DNA of 64,000 nt from a virus (lineage: Duplodnaviria; Caudoviricetes). Positions 36,053-45,067 of this stretch are shown piece after piece. The stretch spans positions 1 through 64,000 of IMG/VR virus record IMGVR_UViG_3300021399_000010. One strand, written 5' to 3'. The notes beneath the pieces are model-generated. The model was not told the DNA's origin. It ran no database searches and saw nothing but the letters and a program-made list of their open reading frames with translations. Position 1 is the first letter of the stretch. Every line of letters starts with the position of its first letter. The position numbers were made by a program, and so were the translations under genes.

Positions 36053-37858
36053 TCATACTGCTGCAACGATTTCGTTGTACATACGTTCCATTTCAGCATA
36101 GGCTATCTTGTGACAGCCTGCCGTGAGTATGTCGTTCTCGTAAGAACTAATCGTGTATTTGCCACTGCCCTTCGTATCAATCTGCATCTCCTTGAAGCAA
36201 CTTGGATTCTCATGCCATCTGCTTACAATCTTCCACATCTTCTTGCAGACCTCCACAGGGATTCTGATATTCTTTGATGTCTCCACCTTGTCCTTGCTCA
36301 AGTTTAAGCGCAGGAGGACGTTGCCGCCGAAGAAGAAATCAGCACTTGCTGACTGACTCTCAGCTCCGTATATATCCATGTAATGCAGTCTCCACAGGTC
36401 ACGATAACCTTCGACACCTCGCTCGATACATTTCTGTATCTGCGCCTGCTTGACTTTCTCTTGGTATTCCTTCTCCTTGCGCTCTTCTTTCTCCCTGCGA
36501 ATACGCTCAATCTCAGCAGCACGTCTTTTAGCCTCTTTGTCAGCAAAGTATTTGTCCTGCTTGCGGATAAACTCTGCGCAGACAGCATACTCTGTCTCTG
36601 TCGTGTTCTCTCGCAGGTAGCCGTCATTGATGTACACGTCGTCGTCCCATCGGTTTGCCTTCTCCTTTTTGTGTGCCTTGATGCTATTGAGGATGCCGAG
36701 AGCCTTGCGGTTGTTGGCTACATCGTTGCACTTTGCATAGAAGTCTGCAATCCACTGTTCTTTGTCCTCACTCTTGCGGAATCCGTCATAGTCGAATGAT
36801 ACGCTCGTTCCAAGCCAGTAGAATCCCATGATGTACTCGCCACTGCACTCGTAGAGCACCCCGTTATCTTTGTTGATGCAGTTGTTGTAGACAACGTTCT
36901 CGCAACTACCGTTCCAAGAACTCTGCATCGGCTCGACCCCTACAATCCACTTGTATGCGTTTCTGAAGTTCTTGTTGTACTTCTCCCTGCGCTCGCTTTC
37001 GTGCTTTCTGTACTCCTTGTTGGCAAGAGCCTTGAAGTGCAGCTCAACACGCTCCTTTGCAGTCAAGGAGCGAATCTGGTCTGCTGTAAGTCCGCTATCA
37101 AGACGACCACCCCAATAACTGCTTTCATAAGGACTTGCAATACCAAGTCTCTCGCACAACTTTTCAATCTTCGCACGCTTGTCGGCTGATTTACGGAATC
37201 GTGCGCAGTAGTCCCAATACTTCTTGTATGTACCCTCGCCGAATAGTGCATCAGTAAGTACCTGCACGTTGCGCTCTCCGTCCTTGAGCATCTTGACCAA
37301 CTTACGCTTGTACTTCTTTATTTCTTCGCTATTTGAGTCTGCCTTGCCAGACTTAGCCTTGAGATACTTGTTGATGCTCGTGTCCTTGTACAGAGAGCAC
37401 AACTCTTCAATGTAGTCCCAAGGAGTGAAATCTACCTTCTCCAAGCCCTTCTTCTTGCCGTCCTTGATGGCTGCAATCTGGTCGTAGATACGACCGACAT
37501 AGTGGTCTATCATCTGCATCCTGTGGTGCTCCTTGAAATCCTCGTCACTGAAGTTGTAGCGGCTTACAAGATTACAGTTTCTCCAACCATAGTACGAGTT
37601 ACTGCCGAAGTCCAAAGGGAATACATGCACATCGTCAGGGAACAGCCCCTTGTACAACTTGTGCTTGCTGCTTGACGGACTTGTGCTGCCGTCGAAGATT
37701 GCGACCACATTCTTCTCCATGTCCAGCCACTGACCGAAAACTGTCGAATAGCTGAAATAGTTGCGACCCTCGTATCTTACGTTGCCTGCTGAGATACGTC
37801 CGTTCTTACCCTCTAACTTGTTCGCAAATCTGTGTGCGATGTCATGTCTGTTTGCCAT
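36053..37858 (-). CDS. Large multidomain early protein of unknown function
   Basis: 601 aa from MANRHD; charged helical linker; C-terminal VETS..I.IP..AGCHKI module. Confidence 0.7.
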   Translation of the reverse strand: MANRHDIAHRFANKLEGKNGRISAGNVRYEGRNYFSYSTVFGQWLDMEKNVVAIFDGSTSPSSSKHKLYKGLFPDDVHVFPLDFGSNSYYGWRNCNLVSRYNFSDEDFKEHHRMQMIDHYVGRIYDQIAAIKDGKKKGLEKVDFTPWDYIEELCSLYKDTSINKYLKAKSGKADSNSEEIKKYKRKLVKMLKDGERNVQVLTDALFGEGTYKKYWDYCARFRKSADKRAKIEKLCERLGIASPYESSYWGGRLDSGLTADQIRSLTAKERVELHFKALANKEYRKHESERREKYNKNFRNAYKWIVGVEPMQSSWNGSCENVVYNNCINKDNGVLYECSGEYIMGFYWLGTSVSFDYDGFRKSEDKEQWIADFYAKCNDVANNRKALGILNSIKAHKKEKANRWDDDVYINDGYLRENTTETEYAVCAEFIRKQDKYFADKEAKRRAAEIERIRREKEERKEKEYQEKVKQAQIQKCIERGVEGYRDLWRLHYMDIYGAESQSASADFFFGGNVLLRLNLSKDKVETSKNIRIPVEVCKKMWKIVSRWHENPSCFKEMQIDTKGSGKYTISSYENDILTAGCHKIAYAEMERMYNEIVAAV

Positions 37859-37917
37859 AATTCTTAATGTTTTAAATTTTAATACTATTGTTAAAAATAA
37901 ACTTGCAATTTTTAGTG

Positions 37918-38124
37918 TTATGCCCAATATGGCTTTGTCCACTTGTTAATATAATCATACTTTTGCTTTGGGTATGGAAGATAGTCATCCATGTATTCAT
38001 GGTCAACAAGTCTGCCACTAATAAGATACCAATCAGTCATTGTGTAACCTCCTGCCAAGAATGGCATTTCAATTGGTCGCTGCGACAAAAAATGTGAAGT
38101 CGCGTTATAATCCTGCTGTGTCAT
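37918..38124 (-). CDS. Hypothetical early protein
   Basis: 68-aa ORF. Confidence 0.45.
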   Translation of the reverse strand: MTQQDYNATSHFLSQRPIEMPFLAGGYTMTDWYLISGRLVDHEYMDDYLPYPKQKYDYINKWTKPYWA

Positions 38125-38141
38125 ATTCTGTCCTCCTATAT

Positions 38142-38546
38142 TTAAAAACGTATATTGTTAATGCATGCCTGCTTTGCCTCCTCCATCGTGTCGAATGTAG
38201 CAAAACCGCAATGCTGGGCGGCATACCATTTGTTATTCATCTTGAAAAAAATGTCAGAGTTACAAAAGCCTCTTGCGTTATGTGTAGGAAACATTCTGAA
38301 TCCGTCGCATCTGATTCCGTTGCGGATGCCATATATCCAACTTTTGCCGATTAGCTTACCCCAATCCCAACAAGTCCAATTAAACAAGTCCCAAATGGCC
38401 TCGTCTGTGAGTGGACGCTCGTTTTTCGGGGTGATGACTGTCCCAATACACGCAACTTTAATAGTGCGCTCTTCTTTTGGGATATATTTGCCATTTTTGT
38501 CGTATCTGTCTGCGAATATCTGATATACTTTTATCTTTTGTCTCAT
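38142..38546 (-). CDS. Hypothetical early protein
   Basis: 134-aa ORF, NARGFCNSDI motif. Confidence 0.55.
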   Translation of the reverse strand: MRQKIKVYQIFADRYDKNGKYIPKEERTIKVACIGTVITPKNERPLTDEAIWDLFNWTCWDWGKLIGKSWIYGIRNGIRCDGFRMFPTHNARGFCNSDIFFKMNNKWYAAQHCGFATFDTMEEAKQACINNIRF

Positions 38547-38659
38547 AATTCAGTCCTCCTGCTTTTGTAAACGTTCAAGTTTTGAAATATATGCTCCCAA
38601 GCGATAATATTCGTCCGAGTGGATGCGTGTGCATTTTTCTCTTACTTCGTATTTTTCGT

Positions 38660-38842
38660 TCATGCCTGCTCCTCCTCATCAATTACGTCGACATCAAGAA
38701 TATCGTCCTGCGGATAGTCTGTCTGCGACAGGTACATACATGCGTCCATTAACGCTTGGTCTTTGTTCTCTCCGATGCCACTGCAAGTCAATACCATGCC
38801 AGTGACCAATGTGACTTTAATCACAAATGCTTTTGCTTTCAT
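38660..38842 (-). CDS. Small acidic early protein
   Basis: Start at MKAKAF. Confidence 0.5.
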   Translation of the reverse strand: MKAKAFVIKVTLVTGMVLTCSGIGENKDQALMDACMYLSQTDYPQDDILDVDVIDEEEQA

Positions 38843-38919
38843 TGCTTTTTGTTTTAAAGTTGATACTAAAATCTGTCGGTCGGACGGCGTGCAGAGTGTG
38901 AACGTCGCCCAATTCTGAC

Positions 38920-39129
38920 TTAAAAATAAAACTCTGTGAATACTTCTTTCGTGCCCTTGAAAAAATGCTCGTGGTTTGCGTCTGAAAACTTGCAGCATGA
39001 ATAAGTCCTGCTGCCTTTGTCGTACTCGCCACGCACCCACACGACACTCTCCTTTACCCAGTCCTGCTCTCCGTAGTCCTTCAGCGTGAAGAACTCGCCT
39101 ACTTTGAGGTCTTTAATCTGCTTTTCCAT
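38920..39129 (-). CDS. Hypothetical early protein
   Basis: MEKQIKDLKVGEFFTLK...F.GTKEVFTEFYF. Confidence 0.55.
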   Translation of the reverse strand: MEKQIKDLKVGEFFTLKDYGEQDWVKESVVWVRGEYDKGSRTYSCCKFSDANHEHFFKGTKEVFTEFYF

Positions 39130-39370
39130 ATCTCTACTATGATAATGCACGGATGCCTGCAATACAAGCACACATGTCCAAATTCTCTTTATTAATTATT
39201 AATATTAATTATTGTAGCAGGCCGACTTTCGCTGTCGGTACACCAAAGGCCACTGCTCAGATGACGCATTTAGCGTGTGTTCCGCACGACTCAGTGACGT
39301 GCCATATAGTTGAGTCCTGCGAGGCTACCAAGAACACCGCAGGACATGGCGAGGACGCAGATTGTGTACA

Positions 39371-39871
39371 TCAGATAAACAGACTTATTGCGTCCACCAT
39401 CCAATTCTTTCCAGCTTGCGACTCAGCAAAACTGCGCGAAGACACATACAACTCTGTCAAGTTACCTTCCCACTCGACATACTCAAAGTCGTCTGGTTTG
39501 TAGTCGTCACGTTCAAGACTCACACTCCACCCGCCGTGCCAATCGTGTATGCGGACTACTTTTGCGGTGTAGTTAACGCCAGTTTTAAGAATTCGCTCCC
39601 AATCCTCTCTATAAAGGTTGCCGTACTGATTAGTCGCCGAATAATACAGCGACAAGCAGTCGCCGCAATTCATCTCAACTGCCGCTGCGGTGAGGAACAC
39701 CCTCACACGCCCCCATAGTTCGGACTCGTCCTTGGCGGACTTCATCTCGTCCTGCCTGTAGCGCAGGACATCGAGTGCGAGGTCGTCGTAGCCGTCTGTG
39801 AAGACGTTGCTATTGTCTGCCAACTCAGTTTCCAACTCTCTCACAATCTGTGAATACTTTTTTGTTGTCAT
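39371..39871 (-). CDS. Hypothetical early protein
   Basis: 166-aa acidic ORF. Confidence 0.6.
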   Translation of the reverse strand: MTTKKYSQIVRELETELADNSNVFTDGYDDLALDVLRYRQDEMKSAKDESELWGRVRVFLTAAAVEMNCGDCLSLYYSATNQYGNLYREDWERILKTGVNYTAKVVRIHDWHGGWSVSLERDDYKPDDFEYVEWEGNLTELYVSSRSFAESQAGKNWMVDAISLFI

Positions 39872-39900
39872 TGTCGTATATTTTATTGGTTAAACGTATT

Positions 39901-39965
39901 GAGCCTGCTATCGGAGTCGAACCGACACACCTTTTCACAAAGGCGACCGTGCCTGTCCGCAGACT
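39901..39965 (-). ncRNA. Compact tRNA-like RNA with a GUGA tetraloop in place of the anticodon loop
   Basis: AGTCTGC/GCAGGCT acceptor, GAC-AGGCACG-GTC D arm, CCTTT-GTGA-AAAGG arm, TGTCGG-TTCGACT-CCGATA T arm. Confidence 0.65.
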
Positions 39966-40083
39966 TGATATGTGCGCTTTGACTTTATCGCTAAAGCAGC
40001 AACGCACGAAACGAAAAGCGGTGTCGCTACACCTTGATGAAACGACACCAACGCAGCCGCCCCGTGTTGAGAGTGAACACGGC

Positions 40084-40380
40084 CTATCTTGTCTCGTATA
40101 CAAATATCCCTGTCTCCATGTCCTTCACTTCAGTCGGCAGGCCGAACTCTGTCCTCATTTTATGAGCATAAAGCTTCGCCATCCTCAGCGTACCGAAGAA
40201 GTTAAATGTTGCACCTATTTCGTTGGATATATTCCATTTGCTCCACGAGGAAGGCCAACCTTCCTCAATGTTTTTCCGCCTCATGGCACGTATGTACATA
40301 TCACGTCTCTCTCTGGCAGTCCTGCCACGTCCATTGCGCCACACCTTCTTGGCGCACATCATTTCTTCACACTTTGTCAT
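40084..40380 (-). CDS. Hypothetical basic early protein
   Basis: 98-aa ORF. Confidence 0.5.
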   Translation of the reverse strand: MTKCEEMMCAKKVWRNGRGRTARERRDMYIRAMRRKNIEEGWPSSWSKWNISNEIGATFNFFGTLRMAKLYAHKMRTEFGLPTEVKDMETGIFVYETR

Positions 40381-41242
40381 AATCTTTTCTATTTAATTTT
40401 TTTGTTGTGCTCATGCTTTATCCCGACTTGCACTACGGACTACATATGTGCAAAAATTACACATGGTAGGTGCATTTACAACACGGGCACACGCAACACG
40501 TACGTATGCCCCTGCTGATATTCTGTATGTGAAGCAAGTGCTGGACGCCGCCCCAGCATAAACCACTACGCCGCGTATTTTGGCTTGCTACTATCCTTCC
40601 ATTTGGGCTACGGCACGCCACCGCCGCTTTCCGCCATCCGCGCATTTTGCACCCACATTTGCATGCTCAAAAGCATCGACAGCAAGCAGGTACTATTATT
40701 CGCTGCTTTGTTCACGTCTGCTGTCATACGGCCGCTTGCATAAAATAAACGGCAAAGTGGCATTTTAACTGCAAATGCCAAACGCCTGCTATATCTTTCA
40801 CAGGTTGTTCGCAGCCAGTCGCTAACAAAATGTCACCACACAAAATTACTTTATTGTGCCACACGGCGCCACCTGCTAACTAAAGCGTCCCTAAACTATC
40901 CGCTATCCTGCCGCCATACAAAAGCGGTTAATTCAATTGGAATAACTGCCCACACCAACAAATCGGTGCTACGGGCAGGCTATAGGGCACGCCTGTGCCT
41001 CTGCCTTTTCTTCTTTTATGGAATAATGCCAAATATCGCTTTACGCCTTGCTGCTTACTCGCTATCTGTGCCTCTGCTTAAGCGATAACACACGCTTACG
41101 CTGGCGGTGCTGATAAAAACACAACACGCAAACGGATAGTTTTTGGCAGGTTGGCGCCCACCTGGCATAGCAGGTAGGTTTTTGTTGTGGGGCGGTAGCA
41201 ATCAAATGCTTACGCTCAAGGCGCCGCCCCCAGCCCCCGCTG

Positions 41243-41752
41243 TTAGATTACATTGGCCACACGCTCTACGAATGTTTCAGTATCGATGGCACCAACCTTT
41301 AGCGCTAATATCAGCGCCTGCTTGTGGTAGCAGGTAGGGCGCGAAATATCTGCCATATCCTTCTCGACTGCTGCCCTATATGCCAGATATGATGCTATTG
41401 CGTCCAGCGTAGGCGCAGCGGTAGCACTGCCAGATATAGGCCGATATTCATACACGCCGCCGTATAGCGTTATCAGCTCGCCGCCTTTATATGATTTGGC
41501 ACGGGCGGGCACTATCTTGCAGAAGCGGCCGGCACTATCCTTTGGCAGGAGCGACAAATCGAAGCCCCGTCCGGTTATCTTATTAGCCACCTGCCAGAGG
41601 CGTTTTACATTCTCGAGCACTACGCCGTCTAATGCCGTATTTTTCTTCGCCTGCTTATTTAAGGCATGTAGCCAGAAAAGATTGCTCTTTGTCACTTCTT
41701 TCATTTCTCGCTTGGCAGCGGTAGCAACCGCCGTAAATTCATTCTTTGCCAT
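41243..41752 (-). CDS. First gene of the early operon, hypothetical
   Basis: 169 aa from MAKNEF, downstream of promoter 41821-41828. Confidence 0.6.
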   Translation of the reverse strand: MAKNEFTAVATAAKREMKEVTKSNLFWLHALNKQAKKNTALDGVVLENVKRLWQVANKITGRGFDLSLLPKDSAGRFCKIVPARAKSYKGGELITLYGGVYEYRPISGSATAAPTLDAIASYLAYRAAVEKDMADISRPTCYHKQALILALKVGAIDTETFVERVANVI

Positions 41753-42874
41753 AATTGTAAACGTTTTAGTTAATGATATTTTGTTGTTTTGTTGCATCGA
41801 TTACGTTTTGTAATCTGCTGCAAAGGTAGGGACAATAAACAAAACAAAACTTTAATTTTTGATATCAAAACTTTAATTTTTGACTTAACAAATGTTAAAG
41901 TCTGTAAGCGGCTGATTTTCAGTGATTTAGCATCAAAATATTTTTTCAACAAAAATTAGAGCGTTGACTATCTGGAATTTTTGCACAAATATTGATATAT
42001 TGATATATTGATATAGGAATATAGTCATATAGTTAGTTAGTTAGTTTAGCTGTTAGTATATTGTGACTATCTTACATAATATAAACGTATCATATAGTGT
42101 AATAAATACACTTAATATATTGTTTATGATATGTTATACCTATTTAATAATAGAGTAAAATATTTTGACAAATAATAAGTGTAAAAAGTACACTATTTGC
42201 AGATATTTATCTGCATTGTTCGTTTGGGAGAAATACAAAATGCTGTTTCGTTACTTTTGCGCGCGCCGCATCAAAAAATAGGGACGGGGTGGGGGTATCG
42301 CAGGAGCGGAGTAGGTTGGTGCATACGTTCCCATTTTCTTTTTTTTATTTTTTTTCTTTTTTCCTTCTAATCTTTTTTTATTTTTTGGTTTTTTTATTTT
42401 TTCTTTTGTTTACTGTGTGTTGATATTGTCTGTTGCAGTTGTTTTTTGTTATTTCTTTGTCCTTGCAATCGTTGTCCAGTCGTGTAGAATTCGTTTTAAG
42501 CGCATTTATTTGCGTTCTGTCGCGTTCAAATTGTTTTTGGGTGTAGTTGGTAGTCTTATGTGCTTTTATGCGCTTAGAAGCGAAATAAACGAGTTTTGTT
42601 TGTTTTTGTGTGTTTTTCTCTCCAGATGTTTTTTATGATTTTGTTTTTTTCTTATATAGTAATACTATAATTAATTATGATGGACTCTTGGTTATGATGT
42701 AAACGTAAAATATTTTAAGTCACAATATACAATCGATATAATATATATAATTTACATAAAAACAAAAAAACGTTAATATATGATTGAGATTAATGATAAA
42801 ATATATATCTTTGCAAACTGTAATAAGATATTTACGAAAACATAGTGAGTCAATAAATCAATTAATAATTTATT

Positions 42875-43261
42875 ATGGAAGTCAATGGTAGAGTTATTGC
42901 GGTGTTGGAGCCGCAGACGTTCAAGGGGCGCAACGGTTCTGATTTCACGAAGAACGGATTTGTGATAGAGACCTCTGGTCAGTTTTCCAAGCGTTTGAAG
43001 TTTGACGTTTTGAACACAGAGATGTGGAACAAGATACTTGTTCGTGAGGGTGCTGATGTCTCTGTGAGTTTTGATGCGGAGAGTCGTGAGTGGAATGGTC
43101 GCTGGTACACGACATTGATGTGCTGGAGGTGTGTTGTTGTCAACGGTGCGACACCGATTCCCATCGGAGGTTCTATTGCAGACGGAAATGTCGGTGGTCA
43201 GAGTGTGTCCCAGCCGCAGAGTGTGAGCAACAATAGTAGCAACGACGAGATACCGTTTTAG
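42875..43261 (+). CDS. DUF3127-like (SSB-like OB-fold) protein
   Basis: MEVNG.VI.VL, V.VSFDAESREWNGRWYT.L.CW, acidic tail DEIPF. Confidence 0.8.
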   Translation: MEVNGRVIAVLEPQTFKGRNGSDFTKNGFVIETSGQFSKRLKFDVLNTEMWNKILVREGADVSVSFDAESREWNGRWYTTLMCWRCVVVNGATPIPIGGSIADGNVGGQSVSQPQSVSNNSSNDEIPF

Positions 43262-43263
43262 TC

Positions 43264-43599
43264 ATGCGGCTGCGGAAGGGTGATAATGCTTCTCTGTCTC
43301 GCATCCGAGAGATGTTGTGTCTTGGTGTTGACATCGACATCGAGGTTACCAGAGACGGGGTTGAGTTTCGTCTTGAGGATGACGACTCTTTTAAGTTGTC
43401 GTACGACACGATGTCGGATGTTGTTGACTACATCCGTGGTCTTAGGCATTGCGGTGTCGGCGTGTTGCGTGACCGAGTTGTCGACGGACTTACCCCAGAG
43501 GAGGCGAACCGCTTCATATCATCCCTTTCATCCAAGATGGGTTACAACGACCGCGCGTTGACAATAGAGTATCTTGACAACGGAAACATTACGTTATGA
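43264..43599 (+). CDS. Hypothetical protein
   Basis: 111-aa ORF in the plus-strand mini-operon. Confidence 0.55.
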   Translation: MRLRKGDNASLSRIREMLCLGVDIDIEVTRDGVEFRLEDDDSFKLSYDTMSDVVDYIRGLRHCGVGVLRDRVVDGLTPEEANRFISSLSSKMGYNDRALTIEYLDNGNITL

Positions 43600-43907
43600 A
43601 CATGATGACTGTGAATAAAAAGTCTGAGATGACGGAGACGGAGAAGTTCTGTTACATTCTTGATGAGATGCGTGACGTGTTCATCCAGAAGAACTCCGAC
43701 TACGGAAACAGTTTCGTGGACACCATCCGAGAGTTCGGGTATGTTGTTCCAGTTGCGAGACTGAATGACAAGCTGAATAGACTCAAGAAGATGGTTAAGG
43801 GAGACCGCATGAACATCAAGTCTGAGTCCATGCGAGACAATTTCCTCGATATTGCGAACTACTGCGTTCTTGCACTCGTGGCGATGGAGGATGAGGTGGA
43901 TGAGTAA
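43596..43907 (+). CDS. DUF1599 / nucleotide-modification-associated domain protein
   Basis: F.QKNSDYGNSF...R..DKL.RL...ES.RD...DIANYC. Confidence 0.8.
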   Translation: MNMMTVNKKSEMTETEKFCYILDEMRDVFIQKNSDYGNSFVDTIREFGYVVPVARLNDKLNRLKKMVKGDRMNIKSESMRDNFLDIANYCVLALVAMEDEVDE

Positions 43908-44019
43908 GAAGTGCGAAATTTGCTCTCTGAGAGGTTTTTCTCCGTCTTGGTGGATTAGTTACCCACAGGGGTGGTGAAATGCGCTTAGAAAGCAAATAAA
44001 ACGGTTTAAATCGAATTAT

Positions 44020-44427
44020 ATGGCAAGTTTCAGTGTTATAGGGTTCATAGAATCCATAAAATATCTCCCAAATAAAGGCGGTTGCTTGGTTTTTGTGACC
44101 GAGTTCAAGAAGGGATACCGCAAGAGTGACGGAGAGATTGTTGACGACAAGTATCTTTCGTGGAAGTGCATCTACAAGCAGGGTCTTGTCAAGTACATCA
44201 ACAATCATTTCAACCGAGGTATGCTTGTCGAGATAAAGGGAGAGGTTCTTCCATACTCCATTGAGCACGACAAGATAGTAGACGGTTACAGCGTGATAGG
44301 TCAGACATTGAACATGTGTTCCTTCCCACGTTCGCAGATGCGTTCGGAAGAGAAGATGATAAAGGAGTCGCAGAACACGTTTGACGAGAAACCAGACCTT
44401 GAAGGTTACAACAAGGACGATTTTTGA
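44020..44427 (+). CDS. Single-stranded DNA-binding protein-like
   Basis: OB-fold pattern (F.V.EFKKGYRKSDG...W.C...G..VEI.G) with acidic DDF end. Confidence 0.65.
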   Translation: MASFSVIGFIESIKYLPNKGGCLVFVTEFKKGYRKSDGEIVDDKYLSWKCIYKQGLVKYINNHFNRGMLVEIKGEVLPYSIEHDKIVDGYSVIGQTLNMCSFPRSQMRSEEKMIKESQNTFDEKPDLEGYNKDDF

Positions 44428-44468
44428 TGTTCCATTTCATATAATTTTGTTGTTTTGTTAAATTGTTG

Positions 44469-44499
44469 AAACCCTCTGTCCGTCACGGATGGAGGGTTT
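44469..44499. terminator. Bidirectional intrinsic terminator
   Basis: AAACCCTC...GAGGGTTT hairpin between convergent genes. Confidence 0.7.
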
Positions 44500-44554
44500 C
44501 TTTGTAGTACGTATTAAACAACCAAAACAAAAATAAGACCTACAATTGTGCTGA

Positions 44555-45067
44555 TTATAATTGAACGTTTCCTTTAACCTGTTCCTTTGGAGCGTCTAAG
44601 CAGTGAAATTTTATCGTACCCATGATGTAGGACTTGTCTCCACGGTCGAGTTTGATGGTTGTTGGCGCGTATGTGTCCAAGACAACGCAATGCACATACT
44701 TGTTTCCAACGTATTTTGACCGTAGCCAGACATCGGTGTTGGTCATGTAGTCCACAAACTCATCATGGACATCAAGAACATCGAAGTTTGTTTTGTCCTC
44801 TGCGTAGTTCTTTCGGATGATGAACGTGAGTTCGATGTCGGTGTTCTCCCTTATCACAACTGGGTTCTCGTTGGAGTCCTGTGTGGTGATGAGAAAATCC
44901 TCCTCTTGCTCGTCTATCCACTGTTCGGTGTATATATTCACTGGTTTTCCCTTGTTGAGCAGACCCTTTAGTTCAAGGACTGCGACACCGTCGAACATCT
45001 CAGTTATGTCTTGGAATGTCTCACTTTCGGTTTTCTTTGCGTAATATTTGCCACTTGACTTATTCAT
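44555..45067 (-). CDS. Putative distal tail (Dit-like) protein
   Basis: Position downstream of the tape measure and beta-rich composition. Confidence 0.45.
   Translation of the reverse strand: MNKSSGKYYAKKTESETFQDITEMFDGVAVLELKGLLNKGKPVNIYTEQWIDEQEEDFLITTQDSNENPVVIRENTDIELTFIIRKNYAEDKTNFDVLDVHDEFVDYMTNTDVWLRSKYVGNKYVHCVVLDTYAPTTIKLDRGDKSYIMGTIKFHCLDAPKEQVKGNVQL

Noticed and set aside
39205-39270. Hammerhead ribozyme (CTGA...GAAA)
   Set aside because: The core reads CTGAGCA rather than CUGANGA and the stems do not fit the three-way junction; kept only as a generic ncRNA candidate.
33392-40082. Repeated GTTCACT motif as a CRISPR array or type I-F repeat mimic
   Set aside because: Copies are kilobases apart with genes between them, and similarity to the I-F repeat is limited to the first 7 nt; no cas genes are present.
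39850-40518. 222-aa plus-strand ORF
   Set aside because: It is antisense to the early operon and to structured RNA elements, has atypical composition and no recognisable motif; likely a shadow ORF of GC-rich sequence.
42320-42420. Poly-T low-complexity tract and ORF 42417..42638 as a gene
   Set aside because: The ORF is Phe/Leu/Val/Cys-rich because of T-rich composition and overlaps the dispersed bipartite element.
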